From: an uncultured Gammaproteobacteria bacterium
GTDB lineage: Bacteria > Patescibacteriota > Patescibacteriia > UBA9934
DNA: 59,756 bases
Assembly: GCA_964552565.1 (NCBI GenBank)
Contig: CAZKGL010000001.1
Span: 567,060-626,815 of the forward strand
Direction of reading: 5' to 3'
In this document: piece by piece, positions 57,010-59,756 of the stretch
Layout of the letters: every line of letters begins with the position of its first letter
Numbering within the stretch: position 1 is the stretch's first letter
Program-made: the position numbers and the translations under genes
Notes under the pieces: model-generated
What the model was told of the DNA's origin: nothing
The model's input: the letters and a program-made list of their open reading frames with translations, nothing else
Database searches by the model: none

Positions 57010-57792
57010 CTATTCAATCGCGTAGTTGATCGTGACGCTCACCTCGTATTCGTTTTCCCCCTCGAGGATCTCGCCCGACCCCATCATGTCCTCGGCCATC
57101 ATCGACCGCGAGTAGTACGGATAGTAGTCCCCGCCCTGGTACTCGTAATAGCTCACGACGTCGCCGAGCGTCGCGCCCATGGCATCGGCAATGGCGACGG
57201 CCTGCGCGTAGGCATCGGCGATCGCTTCTTCGCGCGCGGCGGCGAGCACCTCGCTTTCATCCGCAACTTCCATGCGTACGTCGCCGATCTCGTCGACGCC
57301 GAGGTCGCCCGCAGCCGACAGCACGGATTCCGTCTTTGCCGTGTCGCGGATCGTGACGGTGAGCGTCTGCCGCGCTTCGTAGCCGACAATGGCCGCGGGA
57401 CTGACATCGTAGTCATACACCGGCGACACGCCGTAGCCGGTCGTCTTGAGGTCGGTCTCTTCGATACCAAGCGCACGCATCGCGTCCGCGAGATTTTCCA
57501 TTCCCTTGTCACTTAGATCCTGCGCAAACGATGACGTCTCGGCACGGACCACCATCGTAAGATCGACCTTCGCCAAGTCCGGCACCTCGGACGCGGTCCC
57601 GGTCCCGTTCACCGAAATCGTTGGCGCCAGCTGGTCGGCGACGCCGATGTGTTCCGCTTCGACCATCGTCTTCTGGATATTCACGAACACCCAGACGATG
57701 ACGTACACCAGCAAGATGGCGAGGAGGAGGGAAAACAACTTGTTCTCCTCCCACGCAGGCCAAAACCCTCCCGACCTTCCGTTTGTCGCCAT
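57010..57792 (-). CDS. SIMPL (DUF541) domain protein
   Basis: ISVNGTG..PD, AREEAIADA..A; N-terminal TM segment. Confidence 0.9.
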   Translation of the reverse strand: MATNGRSGGFWPAWEENKLFSLLLAILLVYVIVWVFVNIQKTMVEAEHIGVADQLAPTISVNGTGTASEVPDLAKVDLTMVVRAETSSFAQDLSDKGMENLADAMRALGIEETDLKTTGYGVSPVYDYDVSPAAIVGYEARQTLTVTIRDTAKTESVLSAAGDLGVDEIGDVRMEVADESEVLAAAREEAIADAYAQAVAIADAMGATLGDVVSYYEYQGGDYYPYYSRSMMAEDMMGSGEILEGENEYEVSVTINYAIE

Positions 57793-57887
57793 AGAAAAAT
57801 GGTTATGTGCGACTAGTATAGCAAAAATGAGAAGGCCGCGTCGCGAGACGGGCCTTCTGCCCGCCGCGGACGCGGCACGTTGTTCTC

Positions 57888-59330
57888 TTACGCGGCGTTC
57901 TGCTGGAGCGACAGCTCGATCGTCTCACGGTAGACGCGCACCGTCTGCTCGGGCAGCGTGCCGAGGATGTTGCGGACGCCGTCCTTCGTGAGCGGCTTCG
58001 GCACGTCGTCGAGCATCTCGCCCTTCAGCGCGACCGGCGCCTTGCGGACCTGCCAGACGCCGTTGCCGAGCGTTGCCACGAGGCCGGTGTCGCGCATGAG
58101 GCTCAGCCGGACGCTTGCGCCCGTCTTGCCCCGCCAGATCCACGGGTGGAGCATGTTTACCGGACTGATCGGCACGCGGTCGCGCGACGGAATGCCGTAG
58201 TCCTCGACGAGCACGTCGATGAGCGCACGCAGGGACAGGTAGGCCGAGTAGTTCGTCGGGGTCAGGGCGACCGGCGTGCCGATCTCCTCGATCTCGGGCT
58301 CCGCCTCCGGCTCGGGCTCCGGCGCCGGGGGCGCGGGATCGGGAGCGGCGGCTTCTTCCGCGACCGGTTCCGGCTCGGGCTCCGGCTGTTTCTCGGGGAT
58401 CGCGGCGAGCCGCGCTTCCGCATCGGCGATCGCGCGCTCGAGCTCTTCGAGCTGGCGCCGCTTCTCGTCGCACCCGGCGCGCAGCGTTGCGAGCTGCCGC
58501 GTCTGGTCCGCGATCCGCGCGTCGATCTCCTCGAGCTCCTGCTGCTTGCACGCCACCTCCGCCGCGTGAGCGGCTTCGAGCCCCTCGATCTCACGAACGA
58601 GCACCATGGCCTCGGCCGACTGGCGTGCGATGTCCCGCAGCTCGTCATCCGCACGCTGGCGCTCCTCCTCTTCCTGCGCTTCCGCCTTGCGGACGGCGAC
58701 CGCACGCGCCTGGCCGGCGCGAGCCAGCGCGTCGCGCTGGCGCTGCAGCTCCTCGACGAGCCACCCGGACAGGCTGTACGGGTAGTTCCCCTCGAGGTGC
58801 ACCGTCTGCCGGCCGCACCGGTCCGACAGGACGGCGCGCTCGACGCGCGTACCGCTGACGGCCACGCCAAGGAACATCTCGAGCTCCTTGCGATCCGACG
58901 GCACCGGGACGTGCTCCTCGAGATCGCGCGCGAAGTCGCGGGCGCTCTTGAGCTGCTTGTTGATGTAGAGGTGCTTCAGGTAGCGGATGTTGCGGAAGAT
59001 GATGTCCTTGCGCTCGATGGCACGGCGGTCGTCGGTACGGGAGTACCCGTCGGGCAGGCTGACCTTCGCCGCGGCGAACGCCTGGATGATGCCGTCGACG
59101 TCGATCGTGATCCCGGCCGCCGCCTGGGCGATGTGGGACGCCACGGCGTTCACCGAACCCGACAGCTCGTCAGGCATCCACCCCGCGTCGCTCAGCCGGC
59201 GCAGGAGACCATCAAACTTCGGGCAGTCGGTCGCGCGCAGGGCTTCCGCCAGGAACGCCCGCACGCCACGCTCGTCACGCTCCCGGAGGAGCTCGATACC
59301 CCGTTCGGTCAGCGCACCACGCATCGTCAT
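57888..59330 (-). CDS. Orphan 480-aa coiled-coil protein with Pro/Glu linker and possible C-terminal winged helix
   Basis: TTGACA (minus strand, 59389-59384), GGAGG RBS, high GC3. Confidence 0.8.
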   Translation of the reverse strand: MTMRGALTERGIELLRERDERGVRAFLAEALRATDCPKFDGLLRRLSDAGWMPDELSGSVNAVASHIAQAAAGITIDVDGIIQAFAAAKVSLPDGYSRTDDRRAIERKDIIFRNIRYLKHLYINKQLKSARDFARDLEEHVPVPSDRKELEMFLGVAVSGTRVERAVLSDRCGRQTVHLEGNYPYSLSGWLVEELQRQRDALARAGQARAVAVRKAEAQEEEERQRADDELRDIARQSAEAMVLVREIEGLEAAHAAEVACKQQELEEIDARIADQTRQLATLRAGCDEKRRQLEELERAIADAEARLAAIPEKQPEPEPEPVAEEAAAPDPAPPAPEPEPEAEPEIEEIGTPVALTPTNYSAYLSLRALIDVLVEDYGIPSRDRVPISPVNMLHPWIWRGKTGASVRLSLMRDTGLVATLGNGVWQVRKAPVALKGEMLDDVPKPLTKDGVRNILGTLPEQTVRVYRETIELSLQQNAA

Positions 59331-59414
59331 GAGGACCTCCTTGCCATAAAGGCACCCAAAAGACTGCCGCGTCCGCTTGCGGATGTCAACGGCAGTGTCC
59401 CCAATGAGGAAACG

Positions 59415-59756
59415 CTATTTTTTGACGAGCGGCGCGAGGCCGGGCATGTCTTCGCCCGCCAAAAACGCGAGCATCGCCCCGCCGCCGGTCGAGAGCAACG
59501 CGACCTTGTCCGCATAGGGCGACGCGGCCATAACGTCCACCGTTTCCCCGCCCCCGACGATGATGCGCGCGCCCTTCACCGCGCCGAGCGCCTTCATGAA
59601 CGCGCGCGTGCCGGACTCGCCTTCCGTGCGTTCGGTGATGCCGAGCGGCCCGTTCCACACGATCGTCTTCGCGCCGTGGAGGAGTTCCGCGAATGACTGC
59701 TCGGTCTCCCGTCCGACATCGATCACCGCGCCGTGCCGGTCACACCGCAAATCGCG
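59415..59756 (-). CDS. pgk: Phosphoglycerate kinase, C-terminal part (5'-truncated)
   Basis: IDVG, TIVWNGPLG, GGGET, STGGGA. Confidence 0.95.
   Translation of the reverse strand, partial: RDLRCDRHGAVIDVGRETEQSFAELLHGAKTIVWNGPLGITERTEGESGTRAFMKALGAVKGARIIVGGGETVDVMAASPYADKVALLSTGGGAMLAFLAGEDMPGLAPLVKK

Noticed and set aside
8407-59696. Long antisense or alternate-frame ORFs (e.g. 8407-9699, 11616-13634, 13546-14973, 23886-25466, 30065-32008, 58146-59696) and 5' extensions such as 16654-18219 and 50013-52691
   Set aside because: Shadow ORFs expected from high GC3 opposite well-supported genes; no motifs or RBS
1-59756. Stop-codon reassignment (genetic code 25 or 4)
   Set aside because: TGA ends several intact genes and core genes are full length under code 11

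Overview
Window from a GC-rich bacterial chromosome, most likely Patescibacteria/CPR. This is inferred from the alpha2-type GlyRS, archaeal-like UMP kinase, PaaX/Cas2-like and TrmB regulators, DUF4012/GT2/GT4 cluster, short TsaB and tightly packed minus-strand housekeeping operons. Bases 1-8312 are the end of a lower-GC island integrated at tRNA-Thr(GGT), bounded by a 46-bp 3'-tRNA duplication at 8267-8312. The island carries a tyrosine integrase, a Shedu (DUF4263) nuclease, two zinc-ribbon membrane proteins and an unusual C5-methyltransferase/Vsr/small protein/GHKL-ATPase/'YPHPVL'-protein module that runs off the left edge. The remainder is core genome (tpiA, glyQS, frr, holB, mreB, rplJL, MacAB-like ABC system, pyrH, xseAB, metK-like, lexA-dinB, eno, pgk) interrupted by orphan genes, several with their own TTGACA promoters. 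Strongest candidates for new biology: (1) an array of small orphan ORFs at 38.0-40.6 kb separated by related REP-like hairpins, two of which carry the GACT(A/T)AGTC doublet (one as an AACT(A/T)AGTT variant) that flanks an HUH (RAYT) transposase at 47.35 kb; (2) the MTase-Vsr-GHKL defence module with a controller-like small gene behind a perfect palindromic operator; (3) large structured intergenic RNAs, especially a ~370-nt multi-domain fold between two orphan genes at 18.8-19.2 kb. All structures were read by eye. No folding, covariation or database searches were run, and high GC inflates chance base-pairing. Several gene starts were reassigned from the ORF track by eye.
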